In this document: positions 20,351-28,510 of the stretch, one piece after another
Layout: every line of letters begins with the position of its first letter
Position numbering within the stretch: the first letter of the stretch is position 1
Assembly (NCBI GenBank): GCA_963601055.1
Contig: CAVCDW010000054.1
Span: 1-53,041, forward strand
Direction of reading: 5' to 3'
Length of the DNA stretch: 53,041 bases
DNA from: Elusimicrobiaceae bacterium
GTDB taxonomy: Bacteria; Bacillota_I; Bacilli_A; Acholeplasmatales; Anaeroplasmataceae
Position numbers and translations under genes: made by a program
The notes under the pieces: model-generated
Databases searched by the model: none
What the model was told of the DNA's origin: nothing
What the model saw: the letters and a program-made list of their open reading frames with translations, nothing else

Positions 20351-20367
20351 ATGTGCACTTTGCACAT
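20351..20367. repeat. Perfect 7-bp inverted repeat ATGTGCA-ctt-TGCACAT
   Basis: Read directly at 20351..20367, immediately after the PucR-like stop and about 25 nt upstream of a TATAAT at 20390..20395. Confidence 0.6.
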
Positions 20368-20427
20368 AGAACAAAAAAATGTTTAGTAGTATAATCTTTG
20401 TAGAAATTGCCAAAGGAGGATTATTAA

Positions 20428-21555
20428 ATGGCTACTTTAAGTTTAAGAAATATAAATAAAGTTTATCCTAACGGAACTCAAGCTGTATTTGATTTCAACC
20501 TTGAAATCCATGACAAAGAATTCATTTGTTTCGTTGGACCATCAGGATGTGGAAAATCAACTACTCTTCGTATGATTGCAGGTCTTGAGGATATCACTGC
20601 AGGAGAATTATATATTAATGATAAAATTATGAACGATGTAAGTTCTAAGGACCGTGGAATTGCGATGGTTTTCCAAAGCTACGCTCTATATCCACATATG
20701 ACTGTTTATGAAAACATGGCATTCGGTCTAAGACTTCGTCGTATGAACGAAGATGAAATTCGTGAAAGAGTTTTAAATGCATCTTCAATCTTAGGACTAG
20801 ATCAATATCTACAAAGAAAGCCAAGAGCATTATCAGGAGGACAAAGACAAAGAGTTGCCTTAGGACGTGCAATCGTTCGTGATGCAGACGTATTCTTAAT
20901 GGACGAACCTCTATCAAACCTAGATGCTAAACTTCGTGCTTCAACTCGTGGAGAAATCTTAAAATTACATAGAAGATTAAATTCAACAACTATCTACGTT
21001 ACACATGACCAAATTGAAGCTATGACAATGGCTACAAGAATTGTTGTTATGAAGGACGGAAGAGTTCAACAAGTTGGTTCACCAAAAGAAGTATATCATC
21101 AACCAACTAACGTATTCGTTGCAGGATTCATCGGAACACCTCCAATGAACTTCATCCCTGGTACAGTTGATGAAAAAGGAAACTTTACTACTGAAGATGG
21201 AACATACACTATTGAAGTACCATTTGGTAAAGTAGAAGAATTAAAGAAGAAAGACTATATTGGAAAGAAGATTATCTTAGGAATTCGTCCTGAAGATATT
21301 CATGATGAACAAGAGCCTATTTTCTTCGAAACATATCCAAACGCAATCATTGAAACTAAGGTAGATATGGCTGAGTTACTAGGAGCTGAAACAAACGTTT
21401 ATACTACAATTTCTGAAGCAAACGTAATTGCAGCACTTCCTCACCGTGATGACTTAACATTTGACTCAATGGTTAAATTAGTATTTGATATGAATAAGTG
21501 CCATTTCTTTGATTCTGAAACTGAAGAGAATATCTTATTAAAGAAAGAAGACTAA
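20428..21555 (+). CDS. Sugar ABC importer ATPase, MsmX/MsmK/MalK/UgpC type (no adjacent permease genes)
   Basis: GPSGCGKST, LSGGQRQRVALGRAIV, FLMDEPLSNLD and YVTHDQIEAM, plus a C-terminal TOBE-like regulatory domain. Confidence 0.9.
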   Translation: MATLSLRNINKVYPNGTQAVFDFNLEIHDKEFICFVGPSGCGKSTTLRMIAGLEDITAGELYINDKIMNDVSSKDRGIAMVFQSYALYPHMTVYENMAFGLRLRRMNEDEIRERVLNASSILGLDQYLQRKPRALSGGQRQRVALGRAIVRDADVFLMDEPLSNLDAKLRASTRGEILKLHRRLNSTTIYVTHDQIEAMTMATRIVVMKDGRVQQVGSPKEVYHQPTNVFVAGFIGTPPMNFIPGTVDEKGNFTTEDGTYTIEVPFGKVEELKKKDYIGKKIILGIRPEDIHDEQEPIFFETYPNAIIETKVDMAELLGAETNVYTTISEANVIAALPHRDDLTFDSMVKLVFDMNKCHFFDSETEENILLKKED

Positions 21556-21558
21556 TAT

Positions 21559-21584
21559 ATCACCCCACATGGGGTGATTTTTTT
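21559..21584 (+). terminator. Rho-independent terminator after the ABC ATPase gene
   Basis: atcacccc (21559..21566) pairs with ggggtgat (21571..21578), followed by a T6 run. Confidence 0.85.
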
Positions 21585-21590
21585 ATAAAA

Positions 21591-22001
21591 ATGATAAATT
21601 ATATTGTTGAAGAAAATAAAATATCTACAATGTTTTATAAAAATGAGTATTTGGTATGTGATACTTATGAGGCACTTATCACAAAAATATTTAAAGCACA
21701 TTTTTTTAATTACAGTTATTATAAAAATATGATAGGTAAAACATTAGGACTTAAGAATGGGGCTCCTATATATTTAACAAATAAATTAATGTTTATTAAA
21801 TTTAGAGAAGGAGAAAAAATATACTATATAAATTATTTCGCAATTAATTTCATGTCATATAATGAGAATACCATTTTCGTTATATTTAAAAATGGAATAC
21901 TACTATCATTTAATAAAAGTAAAAACAATATTAAAAAGAAAGAAGAGATGATACATAAAGTTTTAGAGTATATGAATTATCTTGAAAATAGTTTTTATTA
22001 G
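21591..22001 (+). CDS. Hypothetical 136-aa protein, possibly a short ComK-like protein
   Basis: The order of conserved positions resembles the ComK core: GAPIYL (K.PI.I), a hydrophobic F block, YINY.AI (WI....I), and TIFVIFKNGILLSFNKS (T.V.F.NG....L..S). The resemblance is weak and by eye only. Confidence 0.35.
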   Translation: MINYIVEENKISTMFYKNEYLVCDTYEALITKIFKAHFFNYSYYKNMIGKTLGLKNGAPIYLTNKLMFIKFREGEKIYYINYFAINFMSYNENTIFVIFKNGILLSFNKSKNNIKKKEEMIHKVLEYMNYLENSFY

Positions 22002-22041
22002 TAAAAAATGTTTTTAAACATTGTAAATAAAATATTTATAT

Positions 22042-22070
22042 TTGATAATCATAAATTATAATGTTATAAT
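22042..22070 (+). promoter_or_regulatory. Sigma-A-type promoter for pgk
   Basis: TTGATA (22042..22047), a 17-nt spacer, then an extended -10 TGtTATAAT (22062..22070). Confidence 0.6.
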
Positions 22071-22112
22071 TATTAAGGTATAAAACCATAAATTGAAAGG
22101 AATGATTATATT

Positions 22113-23306
22113 ATGGCTAAAAAAGTCGTTACAGATTTAGATGTAAAAGGTAAAAAGGTATTAATGCGTGTTGATTTCAACGTACCTATGAAGAATGGTG
22201 TTATTACTGATGACAATCGTATTAGAGAAGCATTACCTACAATTAATTACGTTATTAATAATGGAGGAAAGGCAATCGTATTTTCTCATCTAGGACGTAT
22301 TAAAACTGAAGAAGATAAATTAACAAATACATTAGCTCCAGTTGCAAAAAGATTTGAAGAACTAGTTGGAAAACCAGTTAAATTTATCCCTGCAACTCGT
22401 GGTAAAGAATTAGAAGATGCTATCGCTGCTATGAACGATGGTGATATCTTAATGTTTGAAAACACTCGTTTTGAAGATCTTAATGGTAAAAAAGAATCAG
22501 GAAACGATCCTGAACTTGGTGCTTACTGGGCATCTCTTGGAGATGTATTCGTAAACGATGCGTTTGGTACAGCACACCGTGCACATGCATCAAATGTTGG
22601 AATTGCATCAAATGTTAAAGAAACTGCAGCAGGATTCTTATTAGAAAAGGAAATCAAGTTCATTGGTGGAGCAGTAGATAATCCTGTAAGACCATTTGTT
22701 GCAATCCTTGGAGGATCTAAGGTTTCAGATAAGATTGGTGTTATTGAATCATTAATTGAAAAGGCAGATAAGATTTTAGTTGGTGGAGGTATGATGTTCA
22801 CATTCCTTAAGGCATTAGGAAAGAATGTAGGAGCATCTAAGTGTGAAGCTGACAAGATTGACCTTGCAAGAGAATTATTAACTAAGGCTGGAGATAAATT
22901 AGTATTACCAGTTGATACAGTTGTTACAACTGAATTCAGCAATGATACTCCATTCCACACTACATCAGTAAATGATATTAAAGATGGTGAAATGGGACTT
23001 GATATCGGTGCTGAAACTTCTAAATTATTCGCATCAATTCTTGCAGATGCTAAGACTGTTGTATGGAACGGACCAATGGGAGTATTCGAAATGTCTAACT
23101 ACGCAAAGGGAACAATTGGAATTTGCGAAGCTTTAGCTAACTTAAAGAATGCTACTACAATCATTGGTGGTGGAGATAGTGCTGCAGCTGCAATCCAATT
23201 CGGATATGCTTCAAAAGTATCTCATATTTCAACAGGTGGAGGAGCTTCATTAGAATATCTTGAAGGTAAGACTCTACCAGGTGTTGCTTGCGTTGACGAT
23301 AAGTAA
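22113..23306 (+). CDS. pgk: Phosphoglycerate kinase
   Basis: [28 protein letters not shown] and [14 protein letters not shown]. Confidence 0.97.
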   Translation: MAKKVVTDLDVKGKKVLMRVDFNVPMKNGVITDDNRIREALPTINYVINNGGKAIVFSHLGRIKTEEDKLTNTLAPVAKRFEELVGKPVKFIPATRGKELEDAIAAMNDGDILMFENTRFEDLNGKKESGNDPELGAYWASLGDVFVNDAFGTAHRAHASNVGIASNVKETAAGFLLEKEIKFIGGAVDNPVRPFVAILGGSKVSDKIGVIESLIEKADKILVGGGMMFTFLKALGKNVGASKCEADKIDLARELLTKAGDKLVLPVDTVVTTEFSNDTPFHTTSVNDIKDGEMGLDIGAETSKLFASILADAKTVVWNGPMGVFEMSNYAKGTIGICEALANLKNATTIIGGGDSAAAAIQFGYASKVSHISTGGGASLEYLEGKTLPGVACVDDK

Positions 23307-23380
23307 TATAAAAACATTGTAATTTATCATTTGTATGGTACAATAATAATATAATGTAATACCTATTAGGAGGAAAAGAT

Positions 23381-23629
23381 ATGGAAAAGACAATAGTAGT
23401 TAAAAGTACAGTAGGGCTTCATGCAAGTCTTGCAGCAAAAGTTGTACAAGCTGCATCTAAGTATGATGTAGAAATCAATTTAGTTTATGAAGATAAGGTA
23501 GTAGATGTTAAATCTATTTTAGGATTAATGTCTCTTGCAGTACCTTCAGGAGAAAATGTTAAGATTGTTGCAAACGGAGACCAAGCTGAACAAGCTATAG
23601 ATGACATTGCAGAAATTCTTGAAAAATAA
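23381..23629 (+). CDS. ptsH: HPr-family phosphocarrier protein (variant active-site loop)
   Basis: 82 aa. GLHASLA contains His15, and VKSILGLMSL contains Ser46. A canonical HPr reads G(I/L)HARPA, so Arg17 and Pro18 are replaced by Ser and Leu. An AGGAGGA RBS is present. Confidence 0.8.
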   Translation: MEKTIVVKSTVGLHASLAAKVVQAASKYDVEINLVYEDKVVDVKSILGLMSLAVPSGENVKIVANGDQAEQAIDDIAEILEK

Positions 23630-23686
23630 TTAAAAAATATATAAAAGCCGATTGGCTTTAAAAATGAAAAGTAAAGGGTGAATGCT

Positions 23687-24451
23687 ATGAGAAAACCTAT
23701 AATGGCTGGTAATTGGAAGATGTATAAAACATATGATGAAGCATTAAAATTCATCTATGAAGTAAATGAGAATCTTCCAAGTAAGGATGAGGTTGAAACT
23801 ATTATTTTTCCACCAGCAATGCTTCTTGTATCTCTTATAAAAAGACAAGGGGATAACTTAGAAATTGGTGCTCAAAATATGCATTATGAAAATTGTGGAG
23901 CTTATACAGGTGAGATTTCTGCAGAAATGTTACGTACTGTTGGAGTAACACATGTATTAGTAGGACACAATGAAAGAAGAAGATATTTTGGTGAATCTGA
24001 TGAAGATGTTCAAAAGAAAGCACTTCAAGCACTAGAACATAATCTAATTCCAGTTATATGCTTTGGTGAAACAGAAGAACAATATCTTCATCATAATACT
24101 GACAATATATTACGTAGACAAGTTCATGCAGCTCTTATCGGATTACCTGATAACGAGATGGATAAAGTAATATTAGCCTATGAACCAATTTGGGCAGTTG
24201 GTACTGGAAAAACTGCTACTCCGCAAATTGCAAATGATAAATGTAAATTAATAAGAAGTTTTATTGATGAATTATATGGAGCAGAAATAGCTTCTAAGAT
24301 TAGAATATTATATGGAGGTTCTGTAAATCCTTCAAACGTTTCGGCTTTAGTAAAAGAAGAAGATGTTGATGGAGTGTTAGTAGGAGGAGCTTCACTAGAT
24401 TCTAGTAAGTTTATTGATATGGCATTTAAATGCGTTGAAGCAAAAAAATAA
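23687..24451 (+). CDS. tpiA: Triosephosphate isomerase
   Basis: MAGNWKM, VGHNERR, AYEPIWAVGTGKTAT and YGGSV. I chose the ATG at 23687 (RBS AAAGGGTG) over the GTG at 23678. Confidence 0.95.
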   Translation: MRKPIMAGNWKMYKTYDEALKFIYEVNENLPSKDEVETIIFPPAMLLVSLIKRQGDNLEIGAQNMHYENCGAYTGEISAEMLRTVGVTHVLVGHNERRRYFGESDEDVQKKALQALEHNLIPVICFGETEEQYLHHNTDNILRRQVHAALIGLPDNEMDKVILAYEPIWAVGTGKTATPQIANDKCKLIRSFIDELYGAEIASKIRILYGGSVNPSNVSALVKEEDVDGVLVGGASLDSSKFIDMAFKCVEAKK

Positions 24452-24477
24452 AAAGTGATTTTTAAAATCACTTTTTT
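24451..24477. terminator. Bidirectional terminator between convergent tpiA and the SpoU-family gene
   Basis: aaaagtgatttt (24451..24462) pairs with aaaatcactttt (24465..24476). A/T runs on both sides let the hairpin serve either strand. Confidence 0.75.
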
Positions 24478-25241
24478 CTTTTCATATAAGCCTCATACAT
24501 CAATATAGATGCCGCAACTCCAACATTAAGGCTATTATTATGACCTTCCATTGGTATATATACTTTTTTATGCTTGTGATTATACCAATCAGGATTTATT
24601 CCAAATCTTTCATTACCTACAACTATCGCAATTTTATTTTTATAATCATATTCTTGATAATCTTTACCAAGGTGAGGCTCACCAAGGAATACATCATAAT
24701 TATTATCTAGCAAGAATTCTAGAGTTGAAGAATAAGTACTTTCCACAGTAGGAATAATTAAATTAGCTCCACGTGATAATTGACACATTTTTTTATTTAA
24801 TATTTTAGACACAGGATCAACAAGTATTAACGCAGAAGCATTAACTGAATCCATAGTACGAAGAATTGTACCAATATTACCTGGTATTTCAAGCCTATCT
24901 AAGACAATAATAAATTCTTTATCCTTAAGATCATCTAAATTATATTTTTTAGGGGCTACAAACGCAATAAAACCAATTGAATTTTCTTTTGAAGAAAAAG
25001 GTTCAAATAACTTTTTTGAGACCTCATATACATTATTTGCGATGCTTATAGCTTTATCTACGACCTTTTTTGTATCCTCATGATAATCTATATCATCGGT
25101 ATAAATAAAATCTTCTATTTGGTAATTATATTCTAATAAAATGCTTAATGAATTTAGGTCATCAACTAAAACATAATTATTATCTTTTTTAAATTTATCT
25201 TTTAACTCTTTATAAATTATATTATCTTTTCCTAATTTCAT
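24468..25241 (-). CDS. SpoU/TrmH-family RNA 2'-O-methyltransferase
   Basis: C-terminal SPOUT blocks LDRLEIPGNIGTILRT, VVGNERFGI and SLNVGVAASILMYE. I chose the ATG at 25241 because AGGTGA lies 5 nt upstream. Confidence 0.8.
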   Translation of the reverse strand: MKLGKDNIIYKELKDKFKKDNNYVLVDDLNSLSILLEYNYQIEDFIYTDDIDYHEDTKKVVDKAISIANNVYEVSKKLFEPFSSKENSIGFIAFVAPKKYNLDDLKDKEFIIVLDRLEIPGNIGTILRTMDSVNASALILVDPVSKILNKKMCQLSRGANLIIPTVESTYSSTLEFLLDNNYDVFLGEPHLGKDYQEYDYKNKIAIVVGNERFGINPDWYNHKHKKVYIPMEGHNNSLNVGVAASILMYEAYMKRKK

Positions 25242-25279
25242 AATGATCACCTTTATTATTATATAAAATAATTGTTCAT

Positions 25280-25302
25280 AAAAAAAGACATCATAAGATG
25301 CC
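25280..25302 (-). terminator. Rho-independent terminator after rpsD (minus strand)
   Basis: On the minus strand the sequence reads ggcatc-ttat-gatgtc followed by a U7 run (the plus-strand A-run at 25280..25286). Confidence 0.6.
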
Positions 25303-25314
25303 TTTTTATAAATA

Positions 25315-25914
25315 TTATCTGTTGTAGAATTCGACGATTAATTGTTCATTAACATCAGTTAAGAACTCACTACGTTCAGGAACTCTTACGAATGTTCCTA
25401 CACCAGTGTTTTCATCGTATGATACATACTCTTTACGAGCGAATGATCCTTCTAATGCAGCCTTGCATACTGCAAGATCCTTAGAAGTTTCTTTTAAAGC
25501 TACCTTATCACCAGCGCTTAATAGAATTGAAGGAATGTCTGCCTTCTTTCCATTTAAAGTGATGTGTCCGTGAGTAACTAATTGACGAGCTTGTTTACGA
25601 GTAGAAGCTAATCCTAAACGATATACAACGTTGTCTAATCTTGACTCTAATAACTTTAAGAAGTTTTCACCAGTCTTACCTTCAAGCTTAGCAGCCTTAT
25701 CGAATAAGTTACGGAATTGCTTTTCGCTCATTCCATAAGTGAATCTTACCTTTTGTTTTTCTTGTAATTGTACTCCGTACTCAGTTAATTTTGCTTTCTT
25801 TTGTCCGTGGAATCCTGGAGCATATGGACGTTTTACTAATTCTTTACCACTTCCAGTGATAGAGTAGTTAAGACGTCTTGAAACCTTCCAGTCAGAACCT
25901 GTAAATCTTGACAT
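25315..25914 (-). CDS. rpsD: 30S ribosomal protein S4
   Basis: MSRFTGSDWKVSRRL N-terminus and an S4 RNA-binding domain. The ATG at 25914 is preceded by TAGGAGGAAA. The longer ORF-track start at 25968 has no RBS. Confidence 0.96.
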   Translation of the reverse strand: MSRFTGSDWKVSRRLNYSITGSGKELVKRPYAPGFHGQKKAKLTEYGVQLQEKQKVRFTYGMSEKQFRNLFDKAAKLEGKTGENFLKLLESRLDNVVYRLGLASTRKQARQLVTHGHITLNGKKADIPSILLSAGDKVALKETSKDLAVCKAALEGSFARKEYVSYDENTGVGTFVRVPERSEFLTDVNEQLIVEFYNR

Positions 25915-26088
25915 GTTTATTTTCCTCCTATATGTCTTTTTATAATATGGGGAAAAGAATCGATACAATCACATCTTTGGTCATCTAATATTAGTACTTT
26001 CATCTAAAGCAGCCGAGGTTACTAGTACTCCACCTATAGGGATAAGATGATACCAAAGACATAAATTGTTGCTGCCTTTTACCCATGC
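25915..26088 (-). promoter_or_regulatory. Long structured rpsD 5' leader (candidate S4 autoregulatory element)
   Basis: The leader of about 175 nt lies between the promoter and the start codon. AAGGCAGC pairs with GCUGCUUU, and UCUUUGGUAUCAUCU pairs with AGAUGACCAAAGA. These two pairings interleave in a pseudoknot-compatible order. A UUUUCCCCAUAU / AUAUAGGAGGAAA pairing could occlude the SD. Confidence 0.45.
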
Positions 26089-26094
26089 TTATTA

Positions 26095-26124
26095 ATTATA
26101 TAATAAATGCTTTGATTAAGTCAA
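26095..26124 (-). promoter_or_regulatory. Sigma-A-type promoter for rpsD
   Basis: On the minus strand: TTGACT (26124..26119), an 18-nt spacer, then TATAAT (26100..26095). Confidence 0.55.
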
Positions 26125-27189
26125 CTATTTTTTTATTATAATTTTAGCTAATTCTTTAAAATTATTAGCTTCTTTTCTAAACAAGAAAGAAGAAGTATCA
26201 TCTAGTTTACTAGATATTTTATATGAATCAATTCCAAGTCTTAAGATATCATCTGAAATATTTTTATTATCTATATAACAAAATTCCATTTTGTTTTTAT
26301 ATTTGTTAGATTTAATAATTTTTTGTATTCCATCTTTTTCAATCTTTTGAAGATATACTTCACTAATATGTTTTAATTTTAAATTCTTCAAAATATCTTG
26401 TGTATATGCCTGATCTAACTCTGAAAGCACGAAAATACGTTTGTGTTTTCCGCATAGTCTAAAGAATGTTTTACAAAAATCTTTAGGCTTCATTTTTGAA
26501 TTCTCATATATTCTTTTACATAAAAGACTATCGCATTTTATTCCATAATTATTTAAATAAGTTTGAAATTTTTTCGCATCGTATTCTTCTTGGCTTAAAT
26601 CACCTTGTAAATATTTTTTATCGATTGATATTACACTTTGTTTAAAAGAATTTAAGTTTTCTTTTGATGTTTTTATATTATAAAGTTTCAATATTTTTTT
26701 TAATGCTAGTATTAGTTTTTTATTTGTATCATATAACGTTTCAATGTTAATTATTATTTTAGTGTAGTGATATGAATCATCTTTTTTGAATACATCAAAA
26801 TAATTCTTATTAACATTTGATGATATTCTAATATAATTAAAATCTTTTAAAACTTTTATAAGGTAAATATCAGAAAGTCTTACAACGATATTTATGACTT
26901 TGTTATAAGTATTCTCTAATGCTTTAATAAGTATTTCTTCAAATCCACTTTCTCTTTTAACAGGGTTTATATACATATGGCTTACATAAACATTGAATAT
27001 GTCATATTTATAAGATATAAACGCAAATGCACAATTATCTTCATATAACATTATTGCGTATTTATCTTGTAGTTTATCATAAAAAGATTTAGATTTATCG
27101 TAATATCCTTCAATAGTCATTTCTTTTAAATAAAAACTATATAATTTTTGAAATTCACTAGATGTTGTTTTAACAATTTTAAATTCCAT
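26125..27189 (-). CDS. Hypothetical 354-aa protein: N-terminal GNAT-like domain fused to a degenerate HAD-like domain
   Basis: The N-terminal roughly 135 aa carry the GNAT-like block VYVSHMYINPVKRESGFEEILIKAL. The C-terminal part follows HAD motif order, but motif I reads IIINIETLYD (N-x-E in place of D-x-D) and motif IV reads YIDNKNISDD. This is by-eye pattern matching only. Confidence 0.45.
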   Translation of the reverse strand: MEFKIVKTTSSEFQKLYSFYLKEMTIEGYYDKSKSFYDKLQDKYAIMLYEDNCAFAFISYKYDIFNVYVSHMYINPVKRESGFEEILIKALENTYNKVINIVVRLSDIYLIKVLKDFNYIRISSNVNKNYFDVFKKDDSYHYTKIIINIETLYDTNKKLILALKKILKLYNIKTSKENLNSFKQSVISIDKKYLQGDLSQEEYDAKKFQTYLNNYGIKCDSLLCKRIYENSKMKPKDFCKTFFRLCGKHKRIFVLSELDQAYTQDILKNLKLKHISEVYLQKIEKDGIQKIIKSNKYKNKMEFCYIDNKNISDDILRLGIDSYKISSKLDDTSSFLFRKEANNFKELAKIIIKK

Positions 27190-27283
27190 ATAAATCCCGC
27201 CTTTATACTATATATGATATCATAAATTGACAACTAGTTTTAAACATTGTAAAATATTTTTTGTGAAATGGAGTGATAGTATT

Positions 27284-28510
27284 ATGATATATAATCAAAT
27301 ACTTGTTAGATTTGGTGATTTAACACTAAAAGGTAGAAATCAAAAAGAATTTTATAATAGACTTATAAGATTAATTCATTTAAAGTTAAAAGGACTTAAT
27401 GTTGTGATTCGTAATTATCATGATAGAGTTTATATTGATTTAAATGATACACCATATGAGGATGTAGTAGAAGGTCTTGATAAAGTTTCAGGACTTTATT
27501 CGTATTCTTTATGCTACCAATGTGATAAAGATATAGAAGTAATTAAAGAAAGTGCTATAAAGCTTTGTAAGGAAGAGATTACAGGGGATAAGGTATTATT
27601 TAAAGTAAGATGTAAAAGAGCTGATAAGAGATACCCTATCACATCTCCTGAACTTAATCAAATTATAGCAGGTGCAGTATTATCTTCATGCGATAATCTT
27701 GTTGTAGATGTTCATAATCCTGAAAAGACTTTATATGTTGAAGTACGTAATGAAGGATGTTTTATGTATACTCAAGAAATAAGAGGAATGGGTGGATTCC
27801 CTGTAGGAGTTGCCGGGAAAGGTATGGTTATGTTATCAGGTGGAATTGATTCCCCTGTGTGTGGAATTCAAGCGATGAAACAAGGAATTCAAATTGAATG
27901 TATTCACTTTGAATCAACACCACTTACATCTATCGAAAGTGCTCAAAAGGTTGTAGATCTTGTTAAGATTATGTCTAATTATGCACCTGATAATAAAATA
28001 GTATTACATATGGTACCATTCAAAGAAATGCATATGGCACTTCTTGAAAATGTACCAGAACAATATAATATTACAATAATGAGAAGAATGATGTATAGAA
28101 TTGCAACTAAACTTGCACAAAAAAGAGATTGTTTAGTTTTAGTAAATGGTGAATCTGTAGGACAAGTAGCATCTCAAACATTATATTCAATGAATGTTAT
28201 CAACAGTGTTACAAATATGCCAGTTATTCGTCCTCTTGTTACATATGATAAAGTTGATATTATAAAACTTGCTGAAAAGTATAAAACTTTTGAAACATCA
28301 ATAAAGCCTTTTGCGGATTGTTGTACAGTATATGTACCAAAAAATCCTGCAACACATCCACATTTAGATAAATGTATTCAATATGAAGCTTTATTTGATT
28401 ATGAAACTTTAGTAAATGAAACTGTTGAAAACACTAAATCAATAGAACTTACACCATCCTCAGATCTTGACCTATCTCTTTTAGGTCTTGAGGTAAGAAA
28501 CGTAATATGA
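27284..28510 (+). CDS. thiI: tRNA 4-thiouridine synthase ThiI (no rhodanese domain)
   Basis: ILVRFGDLTLKGRN N-terminus, a THUMP region and the PP-loop SGGIDSPV. A GGAGTGA RBS precedes the ATG at 27284. Confidence 0.9.
   Translation: MIYNQILVRFGDLTLKGRNQKEFYNRLIRLIHLKLKGLNVVIRNYHDRVYIDLNDTPYEDVVEGLDKVSGLYSYSLCYQCDKDIEVIKESAIKLCKEEITGDKVLFKVRCKRADKRYPITSPELNQIIAGAVLSSCDNLVVDVHNPEKTLYVEVRNEGCFMYTQEIRGMGGFPVGVAGKGMVMLSGGIDSPVCGIQAMKQGIQIECIHFESTPLTSIESAQKVVDLVKIMSNYAPDNKIVLHMVPFKEMHMALLENVPEQYNITIMRRMMYRIATKLAQKRDCLVLVNGESVGQVASQTLYSMNVINSVTNMPVIRPLVTYDKVDIIKLAEKYKTFETSIKPFADCCTVYVPKNPATHPHLDKCIQYEALFDYETLVNETVENTKSIELTPSSDLDLSLLGLEVRNVI

Noticed and set aside
20351-20367. cre (CcpA) site interpretation of the ATGTGCActtTGCACAT palindrome.
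   Set aside because: The cre consensus (TGWAANCGNTNWCA) needs a central CG and has a different arm sequence, and this repeat has neither.
23643-23660. Short hairpin aaagcc-gatt-ggcttt between ptsH and tpiA as a terminator.
   Set aside because: The stem is only 6 bp, and it is followed by an A-run rather than a T-run on the coding strand. The tpiA RBS follows immediately, so read-through co-transcription is more likely.
23161-23754. Minus-strand ORFs 23161..23343 and 23485..23754, overlapping the pgk 3' end, ptsH and the tpiA 5' end.
   Set aside because: They are shadow ORFs opposite strongly supported pgk, ptsH and tpiA coding sequence.
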